A stretch of 61,974 nt of DNA from a virus (lineage: Duplodnaviria; Caudoviricetes), in the IMG/VR virus record IMGVR_UViG_3300046167_000270, positions 1 through 61,974 of that record; one strand, given 5' to 3'. This document shows positions 7,459-17,109 of the stretch, one piece after another (position 1 is the first letter of the stretch; the number at the start of each line of letters is the position of its first letter). The position numbers and the translations under genes are program-made. The notes beneath the pieces are model-generated. The model was not told where the DNA came from, did no database searches, and saw only the letters and a program-made list of their open reading frames with translations.

Positions 7459-7502
7459 GTGACACATGGTACTAAAGATATAGAGTAAGGGGCAAATGTC
7501 AC
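7459..7502. promoter_or_regulatory. GTGACA-N32-TGTCAC inverted-repeat site overlapping the HTH gene start
   Basis: Same geometry recurs at 61545-61588. Confidence 0.65.
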
Positions 7503-8116
7503 ACCGAGATTTAAGATATTTAAATAATAATAGAATTATATATCGTAGATATTCTTCAGATATACCTACATCTAGCCATAGCTGGGGTTGGTATTATGCT
7601 GATGGTACTTATGGGTACTATGCTCTATTTAATAATAAAGCTAAAATTAATACTATTAGATCGCTTAAATGGCATTTGTTAACTCTTTGGTATTTAAATC
7701 CGGTCTTAGATAAAAATAAATTTAAAGAACTTGCTGAGTATATAATTTATAAACAAAATGGATTTGTTACTTTCAGCATAGGAAATAAACTTATTAAACA
7801 AGTTGTTGAAGATGTATTTAAACAAGATCTTGATGTACCACCTAAAAATAGATTACGTAAACTAGTATTTAAAGACTCTAGTGGATTATCTACAACTGAA
7901 AAATTACAAATTGTAGGAAAAATAATAGGTCAAGCTAAAGGTATTAAACAAGATGATGTTTATGAAGCTATGCTATACATACATGAACAAGGTAAAATAA
8001 CAATACCTAAGATAGCTAAAGCATTGAAATGTACCGAGCGCACTATCTACAGACACATGAGTGAAGAACTCAAAGAAGAAAAAAAACTTTTAAATAAACA
8101 ATATGAAAAAGTATAA
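7496..8116 (+). CDS. DNA-binding protein with C-terminal HTH (Rep/initiator-like)
   Basis: ITIPKIAKALKCTERTIYRHM helix-turn-helix. Confidence 0.8.
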   Translation: MSHRDLRYLNNNRIIYRRYSSDIPTSSHSWGWYYADGTYGYYALFNNKAKINTIRSLKWHLLTLWYLNPVLDKNKFKELAEYIIYKQNGFVTFSIGNKLIKQVVEDVFKQDLDVPPKNRLRKLVFKDSSGLSTTEKLQIVGKIIGQAKGIKQDDVYEAMLYIHEQGKITIPKIAKALKCTERTIYRHMSEELKEEKKLLNKQYEKV

Positions 8117-8858
8117 TATAAAAAACTACATCAGGTATATAGATGATAGAAAAAGATCTATACAAAAACGTAAAAAAGAAAAGATTTGTAGACTACACTC
8201 CAGCAGAACTTAAAGTTATATTTTTACCTTTAGTAGAAAATATATCTAGAAAATTTGCAACTTCACAAGAAGCTTCAGGTGTTATGTCTATTATGGATAT
8301 AATGCAAGAAGGTAAGCTTACAGCTATGTAAAGCAGTAGATAAAATAGATAGAACAAGACTAGTGCAATCTGAAGACGTAGAACAAACTTTAAAATCTTT
8401 TTAGCTAAAAGAATAAGAGGCGGCATACGCAGAGCTATTGACACTAACAGAGGTACAATGCGTATACCAGAACATAAATTAAATGAAATGAGGAAAGATG
8501 GTGGTAAAGATAAAAAATGGTTGCTATGTTTTTTAATAGCATATTTTTAAGTATAGATGCTAATCCATCTGATGAAAATATGGTTTATCAAATACCTGAT
8601 AAATCAGATCCTTACAATGAAACACTGCTTAATGCTTATATAATGAGTTTATTAACTAAACACTTAACTTCTGATGAAGTTTTTGTTTTAAGTAAAAGCT
8701 ATGGCCTTGATGGTAAAAAATGGTCTGCTAATGATATAGCAGCAGGCTTTAGAAATAAAGGTGTATCTGCATATGTAAGAGTATCAGAGTTAAAAAAGCA
8801 AGCAGTAAACAAGTTAATAGATAATGTAGATCACTCGCAAGTGATTGATTATCTGTAA
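8103..8858 (+). CDS. sigma70-family RNA polymerase sigma factor (split by several indels)
   Basis: Across frames: DIMQEG..LCKAVDKID..KRIRGGIRRAI..TMRIPEH (region 2), FLSID, region-4-like VLSKSYGLDG..ANDIA..VRVSELKKQAVNKL. Confidence 0.85.
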
Positions 8859-8870
8859 ATTAACAAATAA

Positions 8871-8889
8871 ATATGTAATTATATATATA
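8871..8889 (+). promoter_or_regulatory. Class II promoter candidate ATATGTAATTATATATATA
   Basis: Identical 19-mer on the - strand at 54252-54270. Confidence 0.55.
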
Positions 8890-9440
8890 TGACAATAAAC
8901 CAAAAATTAACCAAAATTCAAACGAAGTTTAAATCGAAAGAAGAGTAGATTTAACTCATTCGGCAAGTATTATTTCCGATCTGCTGAAGACATCCTAGAA
9001 GCTACAAAACCCTTTTTAAAGGAGTTAGACGTATCAGTTGTAATCAAAGAAGAATTAATTTCTTTGATCCACCTGTTATGCAAGTTACCGCTAGATTATC
9101 TAATGGTAAAGAAGAAACAGGTACAGGTAATACTAAATCTGTTTCAGCTGTAGCTATTGTAGGTGTCGACTTAGATCAGAAAGGCATGCAAATGCCACAA
9201 CGATACGGTGCAGCTAGTTCTTACGGTAAGAAATATGCACTAGGTAATTTGTTTTTAATCGATGATACACAAGACGCTGATGCAACTAATAATCACGGTA
9301 AAAAAGCAGTACAACAAGCTATGAGCTCAGCTCAATTAAAATCTGCTAAAGACTACGTAAAGTCTGGAGGAAAAGTTGACGCAATAAAAGCAAAATATAC
9401 ATTAACAAAAGCTCAAGAGAAAGAATTAGCAACGTTATGA
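8889..9440 (+). CDS. ERF-family ssDNA-annealing protein (frameshifted)
   Basis: KYYFRSAEDILEA and GAASSYGKKYAL..DDTQDAD. Confidence 0.85.
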
Positions 9441-10171
9441 AAAACAAAAAAGAAGTATTAGAGAAGCTGAAGGATGATGAACATTACTATGGCGAATATG
9501 GTAGAAACTTTATATCTAACTCAGATATAAGAACACTAATGACAAATCCGCTTGAGTTCAAAAAGCCAACTCCATCAGCTCCTCACTTTCTTATAGGAGG
9601 CTATTTTCACACTGCTATTCTTGAACCAGATAAGATCAAGAATTTTAAAATAGTAGAAGCTAGCTCACGTAATACAAAAGCATACAAAGAAATAACAGAC
9701 GGAGAAGTTTGTTTGTTACAACATGAGGTTGACAAGATCGAAGCGTTAGTTGAAAAGATGATGAACAATAAAGTTTGTCGTGATCTTATACACGCTGAAG
9801 GTAATGAGTTTGAAGTTCCAGGTGTTGCTGAATTAGCAGGCAACTGGTGGAAAGGTAAAGCTGATATTGTTAACCACAGTGAAAAATTAGTTATTGATTT
9901 AAAGACTACTGCAGACTTAGAAAAGTTTCATTGGTCAGCTAAGAAATATAACTATGATTCACAAGCTTTTGTATATAAGAACTTATTTGGCTATGATATG
10001 TTATTCATGGCTATAGATAAGAATACAGGTCAGATCGGTGTATATGATTGCTCAGATAACTTTTATCAAACAGGTTTTGATAAGGTTGAAAAAGCATCTG
10101 AAATATATGATCTGTTCTTTAACAACAAGGATTTCGATCCTAATAATTACTTTATAAATAAAACCCTATAA
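9437..10171 (+). CDS. PD-(D/E)XK exonuclease, RecE/exonuclease VIII-like
   Basis: ISNS, GGYFHTAILEP, KGKAD, IDLKTT, YDSQAFVY. Confidence 0.85.
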   Translation: MKNKKEVLEKLKDDEHYYGEYGRNFISNSDIRTLMTNPLEFKKPTPSAPHFLIGGYFHTAILEPDKIKNFKIVEASSRNTKAYKEITDGEVCLLQHEVDKIEALVEKMMNNKVCRDLIHAEGNEFEVPGVAELAGNWWKGKADIVNHSEKLVIDLKTTADLEKFHWSAKKYNYDSQAFVYKNLFGYDMLFMAIDKNTGQIGVYDCSDNFYQTGFDKVEKASEIYDLFFNNKDFDPNNYFINKTL

Positions 10172-10172
10172 T

Positions 10173-10496
10173 ATGGCAGGAATAGTAAAAGCAAGTATCA
10201 ATTTAAATGCAATTGATAAAAGTCAAAATAATCGAAGGCAAGAAAGGTAAATACCTACCTATTACGATTACAGTTAATGACGAGCCAGATCAGTTTGGTA
10301 ATCAAGGTCCTGTTTGTATAGAGCAGACTAAAGAAGAAAGAGAAGCTAAAGCTGCTAAGACTTATTTAGGTAATGTTAAAGTCTATGGACTAATGGAACA
10401 TTCCCTGAAAAAGTACCTTACGAAGGTGGAGGACTGCTCCACAGACCACAAAATAAACCACAAGCAGTAGCTGCTGATCCAGATCTACCATTTTAA
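10173..10496 (+). CDS. Single-stranded DNA-binding protein (frameshifted)
   Basis: MAGIVKASINL..GKKGKYL..; acidic C-terminal tail ADPDLPF. Confidence 0.7.
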
Positions 10497-10509
10497 TTAA
10501 ATCAAATAA

Positions 10510-12221
10510 ATGCAAGTCGAAGATAAAGAAATAAATGGTTTCTTAATTGAAACTTTTAATCAGCACGGCTTAGAAGTAGGTAAAACGCAGGGGATTTGTC
10601 CCCTGTGTTCATCTTCTAGGAAACCTGAAAATAAGAAAGCTAAATGCTCTTCTTATGATTGGGAACGTGGTATCGGTACTTGCCATAACTGTGACAAATC
10701 TTTCCAATTACATACGTTTAAACGTAAAGGCAAAGCTGAGCGTGAGTATGTAATGCCTGAAGTAAAACATAAGCCAGTTGAATCTAAAGTTATTGATTGG
10801 TTTAAAACAAGAGGGAATATCTAAACAAACCTTAGATGAGGTTGGTGTAGGTGAAGGTAAAGAGTTTATGCCACAGACCGGTAAACCCGAGAATACTATT
10901 CAGTTTAATTATTATGTAGGTGGAAACCTAACTAATGTTAAATATAGAGATGGTCGTAAAAACTTTAAGCTATATAAAGGAGCTGAAAAAGTATTTTACA
11001 ATATAGACAGTATTGTTGGTCATGATACTTGTGTTATAGTTGAAGGCGAAATGGATGTACTTGCTATACACGAAGCTGGCTACACTCCAGTTGTATCAGT
11101 ACCAAACGGTGCTACGTTAAATACAAACAACCTAGATTATCTAGATAATTGTATTGATTACTTTGAAGATAAGAAAAAGATAATCATTGCAGTTGATGAT
11201 GATCCACCTGGTGTTGCATTGCAACAAGAGCTTATACGTAGGCTTGGTGCTGAGGTTTGTTTTATAACTACGTTTGATGATTGTAAAGATGCTAATGAAT
11301 ACTTAACTAAGCACGGCTCTAAGGAGCTAATGTCACGTATTGAAATAGCACATCCTGTACCTCTTGAAAACGTTACAACATTTAGAGACATCGAAGACGA
11401 AGTTACAGACTTTGTTCGTAATGGTTTTAAACGTGGTTTTCAAATAGGTTTACATAACTTTGATAATATCTTTTCTACTTATACTAAACAGTTTATAACT
11501 GTAACAGGTGTACCTAGTTCAGGTAAATCAGATTTTGTAGATCAAATGTGCGTAGGTTATAATAGAGAGTATGGTTGGAAAACAGCGTTTGCATCTCCTG
11601 AAAACGCGCCTACATATTTACATGCACATAAGTTAATGCGTAAAGTATGGGGTGATATGCCTAATAAAGGCGATATTGGCGGTGATAAATGGAATCAAGT
11701 TGCAAGTCATGTTAATGATAACTTTTTCTTTATTGATATGGAACGTTATACATTAGAGTCAGTATTACGTAAAGGAGCTGAGCTAGTTAAGCGTAAAGGT
11801 ATTAAATGCCTTGTTATTGATCCATATAATAAAGTTAGAGACACTGATTGTCAAACAGAGGATGTTAACCGCTATACAATGGAATACTTAACTAAGATCG
11901 AAACTTTTGCAAAGAAAGTATGATGTATTAGTATTTATTGTTGCACATCCAACTAAGATGTATAAAGGCCAAGATGGTAAAATCGAAGAGCCAACGATGT
12001 ATAATATAAAAGGTGGTGGTGAATGGTATGATGCTAGTTACCACGGCTTATTAGTTCATAGAGACTACGAAAATAAAACAACAAAAGTTAAGGTATTGAA
12101 ATGTAAGTTTCAAAACTTAGGCGAGAACGGAGCTGAAGCCCATTTTACTTGGGAACCAAAGTCTGGTTGCTTTGTTCCACATGAGATGCCTGACTTAGAT
12201 GAAAAAATGCCTTGGGACTAA
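10510..12221 (+). CDS. T7 gp4/Twinkle-like primase-helicase (three frame segments)
   Basis: Zn ribbon CPLC..CHNC; TOPRIM VEGEMD/DDD; Walker A GVPSSGKS; VIDP; VAHP. Confidence 0.92.
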
Positions 12222-12475
12222 AGAAATTTACGTTTGACGAAGTTAAATGGACTAAAGAAGACAAACAAGCTTACAGGTGGTGTGTTAATCACGGAATTAA
12301 AATAGGTGTATTAGCTGCTACACCAGGCTTTGATGTTGGATCTTGGAAAATACGTATCGTTGCAAACAATAAAGAAATGATTAGCCCAGGAGATTATAGT
12401 AGAACAGAAATATATCCTAAAGTATTTGAAATGTATAGACATTATTACAAACTAAATACGAAGGGTAAACGATAA
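12212..12475 (+). CDS. Hypothetical protein
   Basis: ORF track. Confidence 0.75.
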   Translation: MGLKKFTFDEVKWTKEDKQAYRWCVNHGIKIGVLAATPGFDVGSWKIRIVANNKEMISPGDYSRTEIYPKVFEMYRHYYKLNTKGKR

Positions 12476-12477
12476 TA
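12448..12477 (+). promoter_or_regulatory. Class I phage promoter
   Basis: CAAACTAAATACGA-agggtaaac-GATAATA. Confidence 0.8.
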
Positions 12478-12482
12478 AATAT

Positions 12483-13167
12483 ATGAGACAATTAAATTTA
12501 AAAATGCAAATGAAGCTTTTAACTTTTACTATGGTGTTATACCGTATGAAGGTAAAAAGTTTGACAATACAATGGCAATGTTTAATCAAGGCTTTACTAT
12601 TGAAAATCCATTAGATCGTATAATAACCAATGAAGCTAGAAACTTTAATATTGAGTATGCTGAAGCTGAATGGCAATGGTATTTATCAGGTGAGCCTACT
12701 ATAGAAACTCTTGGTAGTATATATGGTAAGATACCTCAGATATGGCAAAAGATGGCTGATGAAAATGGTAAGGTTAACTCTAACTACGGTGCGCAATGGG
12801 AAAGAGGCTGGCAGCTAGATAAAGTTGTAGCTATGTTAAAGAATAATCCTAATACTAGACAAGCTGCAATATCTATATATGATGGCAAAGAAATATCTAG
12901 CTATAAATATGATACGCCTTGTACATACGCTGTACAGTTTACAGTTGTTGATAATAAATTAAATATGTGCGTTACGATGCGATCTAATGATTTGTGGTTT
13001 GGTTTCTGTAATGATCAATATCAATTCAGTAAACTGCAAGAGATGGTCTGTAGACGAACTGATACGAAATGGGTACATACTATCATTTTGCACATAACTT
13101 ACACATATATAATGATAAATTGCCTGAAAAAAATACGTTAACATCAAGAGCTAGAACATATGGATAA
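12483..13167 (+). CDS. Thymidylate-synthase-family enzyme, T4 gp42 (dCMP hydroxymethylase)-like; frameshifted near both ends
   Basis: NSNYG, DTPCT, MRSNDLWFGFCND, and HNLHIY in a shifted frame. Confidence 0.85.
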
Positions 13168-14044
13168 AATTAATTATTATTTATACCATATACCGGGTAA
13201 AAAAATAGGTGTTACACGTGATCTTATATCTAGAGTCGTAGACCAACAAGGCTACAGCTTAGACGAAGTAGAAGTTCTAGAACAAAGTACAGATATTGAT
13301 TATATATCTGACCGCGAGTTAGAACTTCAACAGTCTTACGGCTATCGAGTTGACAGACAAAAATATAAAGATCTATATATTAATAAAATAAAATCTAATA
13401 CAATGCACATAAACGCGACAGAGCAGACTTCTACGTTCCCTTGTCCATCTACCAAACTAAAAGGTAGACTAATGGATAACATGGGTAAATCATGGGATAC
13501 GATGCATGGTGAATTTGAAATCAACATGGATACGATTGCTTGGATAATGGATAATGTTAAGACATCCATGTACACTACAGAAAGATCTTACATATATAAC
13601 AAAGCGTTTGCTAAATACTTTCAAGTTAAAAACCACGCTGAAGAAGCTGAAAGATTTCCATTTGGCAAAGATGCTTACCAAGCTTATTTAGATACTTTAA
13701 CAACTAGATATAATAGTAATGGCAACTGGAGATATGACAGCAATGAAAGCGAAAGGTTTCAAAAGATAAGAGACTGGGCAGGCGAAAGAGGTCTTTATAC
13801 TAAAGGCGATACTAAAACACAGTTTTGTAAGTTAATGGAAGAAGCAGGTGAACTAGGTAGAGCAGTACTAAAAGATGATAAAGAAGAGTTTGTAGATGCT
13901 ATTGGCGATATGGTAGTTGTATTAACTAACATGGCTCATCTTGGCGGTACAACAATTGAAAAGTGTATAGACACTGCATACAAGGTTATTTCTAAACGTA
14001 CTGGTAAAATGGTTAACGGAACATTTGTTAAAGATGAAAAGTAA
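13160..14044 (+). CDS. Fusion: GIY-YIG-like N-terminus plus C-terminal MazG NTP pyrophosphohydrolase
   Basis: YYLY..KIGVT..R..E; KLMEEAGEL..DAIGD. Confidence 0.8.
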   Translation: MDKINYYLYHIPGKKIGVTRDLISRVVDQQGYSLDEVEVLEQSTDIDYISDRELELQQSYGYRVDRQKYKDLYINKIKSNTMHINATEQTSTFPCPSTKLKGRLMDNMGKSWDTMHGEFEINMDTIAWIMDNVKTSMYTTERSYIYNKAFAKYFQVKNHAEEAERFPFGKDAYQAYLDTLTTRYNSNGNWRYDSNESERFQKIRDWAGERGLYTKGDTKTQFCKLMEEAGELGRAVLKDDKEEFVDAIGDMVVVLTNMAHLGGTTIEKCIDTAYKVISKRTGKMVNGTFVKDEK

Positions 14045-14369
14045 AACTATATTATTCAGAGATCCTGTTGTAGAAAGAGTCTGCGATAAGTTCGTTACAA
14101 GATCAGATGTTGGCTATGCTAAGTATGGTAGAACATTGCACGATGAAAGAACTGGTAGACATAAAGATTTAGCTGGTTACTTAAACGATGTACAAGAAGA
14201 GTTAATGGATGCAATACTGTATATTCAAGCTGCTAAAGAAGAATTAAACGACAGCTCAATAGCTAAGGAAGCTATAGCTGAAGCTAATAAAGCTAGCTTT
14301 AGACCTCCACATCCAAGCCACGCTTCATCAGCTCAATTAGACTGGGACGATGCGATCTCGCCGGTATAG
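14034..14369 (+). CDS. All-alpha NTP-PPase (MazG-superfamily)-like protein
   Basis: RSDVGYAKYG..QEELMDAILY. Confidence 0.6.
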   Translation: MKSKTILFRDPVVERVCDKFVTRSDVGYAKYGRTLHDERTGRHKDLAGYLNDVQEELMDAILYIQAAKEELNDSSIAKEAIAEANKASFRPPHPSHASSAQLDWDDAISPV

Positions 14370-14802
14370 TAAAAAGAAAGGTCCGGTAAGATCTAAAAAA
14401 GTTAAACATGATGGCATACAGTTTGCGTCAGGTTTAGAAAAACATATGTACATAGCTTTAAAAAAAGCTAAGATAAAAGCACAATATGAGGGACAAACTT
14501 ACGAGCTTGTCCCTTCTTTTAACTTCGATCAAGAAGCTTATGAAAGACAAAGTAATGGTAAAGGTGAGTTCCGTAATCGAGGTAATAAGAAAATACTTAA
14601 TATTAAGTATACACCAGATTTTGTGGGAGATGGCTTTATCATTGAATGCAAAGGACGTGCTAATGAATCTTTTCCCATACGCTGGAAGTTATTTAAAGCT
14701 TATGTACATAAACACTTACCGAACATTACGTTATACAAACCTCAAAATCAAAAGGAATGCGAAGAAACCGTGAACTTAATTCTTGGGAAAAGAAAGATCT
14801 AG
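14350..14802 (+). CDS. T7 endonuclease I-like Holliday-junction resolvase
   Basis: FASGLE, YTPDF, IECKG. Confidence 0.85.
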   Translation: MRSRRYSKKKGPVRSKKVKHDGIQFASGLEKHMYIALKKAKIKAQYEGQTYELVPSFNFDQEAYERQSNGKGEFRNRGNKKILNIKYTPDFVGDGFIIECKGRANESFPIRWKLFKAYVHKHLPNITLYKPQNQKECEETVNLILGKRKI

Positions 14803-14895
14803 CAAGAAGAAAATATGCTGAACGTCAATTGCAAAAATTTATTGATTGGAGTATAGCATCTAAAGGATATTTAAAATATAAAGAATTAATAGAAT

Positions 14896-15120
14896 ATGAA
14901 AGAAAGTACTCTGCTGGAAATGCAGAATAAATTAAAATCGTTGACCAATGTAGTTCAACATATGATGAATGATAATATGCACTTAAAAGACTTGAGTGTA
15001 GGAACATTAGAAACAGTAAAGCTTATGCCTGGATATGATAAAGCTATAGAATTTCTAAAAAAAGAATTAACAAATAAAAAAGAAAACAAAGATGGAGTTA
15101 AGCAACAAGATACTAAGTGA
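14896..15120 (+). CDS. Hypothetical protein
   Basis: ORF track. Confidence 0.7.
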   Translation: MKESTLLEMQNKLKSLTNVVQHMMNDNMHLKDLSVGTLETVKLMPGYDKAIEFLKKELTNKKENKDGVKQQDTK

Positions 15121-16954
15121 TATAACAGTTTATATGAAGTATGCTAAATTCGTACCTGAGTTAAACCGTAGAGAGACTTGGGCTGAATTAGTTACAAGAA
15201 ATAAAAACATGCATATTAAAAAGTACCCTGCATTAACTGACCAAATTGAAGAAGCTTACAAATTAGTATATGAAAAGAAGATTTTACCGTCTATGCGATC
15301 ACTACAATTTGGAGGTAAGCCTATTGAGATCTCGCCTAATCGAGTCTATAATTGTGCTTATTTACCTATTGATAGCATTGAGTGTTTTCATGAAATAATG
15401 TTTTTATTATTAGGTGGAACCGGAGTAGGTTACTCTGTACAACAGCACCACGTAGCTAAATTACCTATAGTTAATAAACCTTATGTTAAAAGAACTAGAA
15501 GGTTTTTAATTGGTGATAGTATAGAAGGATGGGCTGACGCTATTAAAGTCCTTATGAAGTCTTATATGGGCGATAAGAGATCATCTAGCGTACAGTTTGA
15601 TTTTTCTGATATTAGACCAAAGGGAGCTCAGTTAGTTACATCTGGAGGTAAAGCGCCAGGGCCTCAACCATTAAAAGAGTGTATACTAAAAATTAAAGGT
15701 ATATTTGATGGCAAGGAAGATGGAACACCATTAACAACTTTAGAAGCACACGACATTGTTTGTCATATTGCTGATGCTGTATTAGCAGGTGGTATACGTA
15801 GAGCAGCTTTAATTAGTTTGTTTTCCGCGGGTGACGACGAAATGATAGCAGCTAAATCTGGTAATTGGTGGGAGACAGATCCACAAAGAGGTAGATCAAA
15901 TAATTCTGCTGTTCTTATGAGACATAAAGTTACTAAAGAGTTTTTTATGGATCTATGGAAACGTGTAGAACTATCAGGATCAGGTGAACCAGGTATTTAT
16001 CTTAACAATGATAAAGACTGGGGTACAAATCCTTGTTGTGAAATAGCATTAAGACCTTTTCAGTTTTGTAATTTATGTGAGGTAAATGCTAGTGATCTTG
16101 AATCACAAGAAGATTTTAACGATAGAGTTAAGAAAGCAAGCTTTATAGGTACACTACAAGCGGGTTATACTGACTTTCATTATTTAAGAGACGTATGGAG
16201 AGATACGACAGAGAAGGACGCCCTTATCGGTGTATCAATGACAGGAATAGGGAGTGCCGCTGTGCTGCAGTTGGATATGAAGGCCGCTGCAAGTATAGTA
16301 AAAAGAGAGAATACAAAAACAGCTAAAGCAATTGGTATTAATTCAGCTGCAAGATGTACAACCGTAAAGCCTGCTGGGACGACATCTCTGGCATTAGGAA
16401 CTTCATCTGGTATTCATGCATGGCATAATGATTATTACACGCGTAGAATCAGAGTTGGTAAAAACGAATCTATGTATAAATACTTAGCGGAAAATCACCC
16501 TGAGTTAGTTGAAGATGAATTTTTTAGACCTCACGACACTGCTGTGATTAGTATACCACAGAAAGCACCTAAAGGTTCTATACTAAGAGATGAATCGCCA
16601 TTTGATTTATTTGAAAGAATAAAGAAAGTAGCTCAAGAGTGGATTGTACCTGGTCACAGGAAAGGGTCTAATACTCACAATGTATCTGCAACTGTTAGTT
16701 TAAAGCAAGAAGAGTGGGATGCAGCAGGTAAATGGATGTGGGAGAACAGAGAGCATTATAATGGCTTATCTGTATTACCTTATGACGGAGGTACTTATAC
16801 TCAAGCACCTTTTGAAGATATAAGTAAAGTTAACTATGATATGGCTATGACACATTTAAAAAATGTTGATCTAACTAGAATATCAGAAACTGAAGATGAA
16901 ACAGATCTTTCAGGTGAACTAGCTTGTGCGGGAGGCGCATGTGAAATAACATGA
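15092..16954 (+). CDS. nrdJ: Class II (adenosylcobalamin-dependent) ribonucleotide reductase
   Basis: YNCA, GTGVG, TNPCCEI, TTVKPAGT, C-terminal CAGGACE; no beta-subunit gene. Confidence 0.92.
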   Translation: MELSNKILSDITVYMKYAKFVPELNRRETWAELVTRNKNMHIKKYPALTDQIEEAYKLVYEKKILPSMRSLQFGGKPIEISPNRVYNCAYLPIDSIECFHEIMFLLLGGTGVGYSVQQHHVAKLPIVNKPYVKRTRRFLIGDSIEGWADAIKVLMKSYMGDKRSSSVQFDFSDIRPKGAQLVTSGGKAPGPQPLKECILKIKGIFDGKEDGTPLTTLEAHDIVCHIADAVLAGGIRRAALISLFSAGDDEMIAAKSGNWWETDPQRGRSNNSAVLMRHKVTKEFFMDLWKRVELSGSGEPGIYLNNDKDWGTNPCCEIALRPFQFCNLCEVNASDLESQEDFNDRVKKASFIGTLQAGYTDFHYLRDVWRDTTEKDALIGVSMTGIGSAAVLQLDMKAAASIVKRENTKTAKAIGINSAARCTTVKPAGTTSLALGTSSGIHAWHNDYYTRRIRVGKNESMYKYLAENHPELVEDEFFRPHDTAVISIPQKAPKGSILRDESPFDLFERIKKVAQEWIVPGHRKGSNTHNVSATVSLKQEEWDAAGKWMWENREHYNGLSVLPYDGGTYTQAPFEDISKVNYDMAMTHLKNVDLTRISETEDETDLSGELACAGGACEIT

Positions 16955-17106
16955 AACGACTAGCAATAATAGGAGGTATTGGCATGATGACTATGGCTGG
17001 TACCAATATGATTTGGCATAAGCAAAAGCCAAACTTCAACGCGAACACACTTGCAATAGCAAGCGGCGCTTTTATAGTGTCAATAGGTATAACTATTAAA
17101 ATATAA
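16951..17106 (+). CDS. 51-aa protein with two hydrophobic segments
   Basis: Read manually; ATGA overlap with nrdJ. Confidence 0.6.
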   Translation: MKRLAIIGGIGMMTMAGTNMIWHKQKPNFNANTLAIASGAFIVSIGITIKI

Positions 17107-17109
17107 GTT

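Noticed and set aside
10691-10696. Additional GTGACA inside the primase gene
   Set aside because: No TGTCAC partner 32 bp away and no GCC extension
12483-13167. Plain thyA annotation
   Set aside because: Asp at the specificity position and gp42-like flanking motifs favour a dCMP-acting enzyme
8103-13167. Programmed frameshifting or stop-codon reassignment
   Set aside because: Breaks are frame changes at unrelated sites, several per gene, rather than in-frame stops; structural genes read cleanly in the standard code
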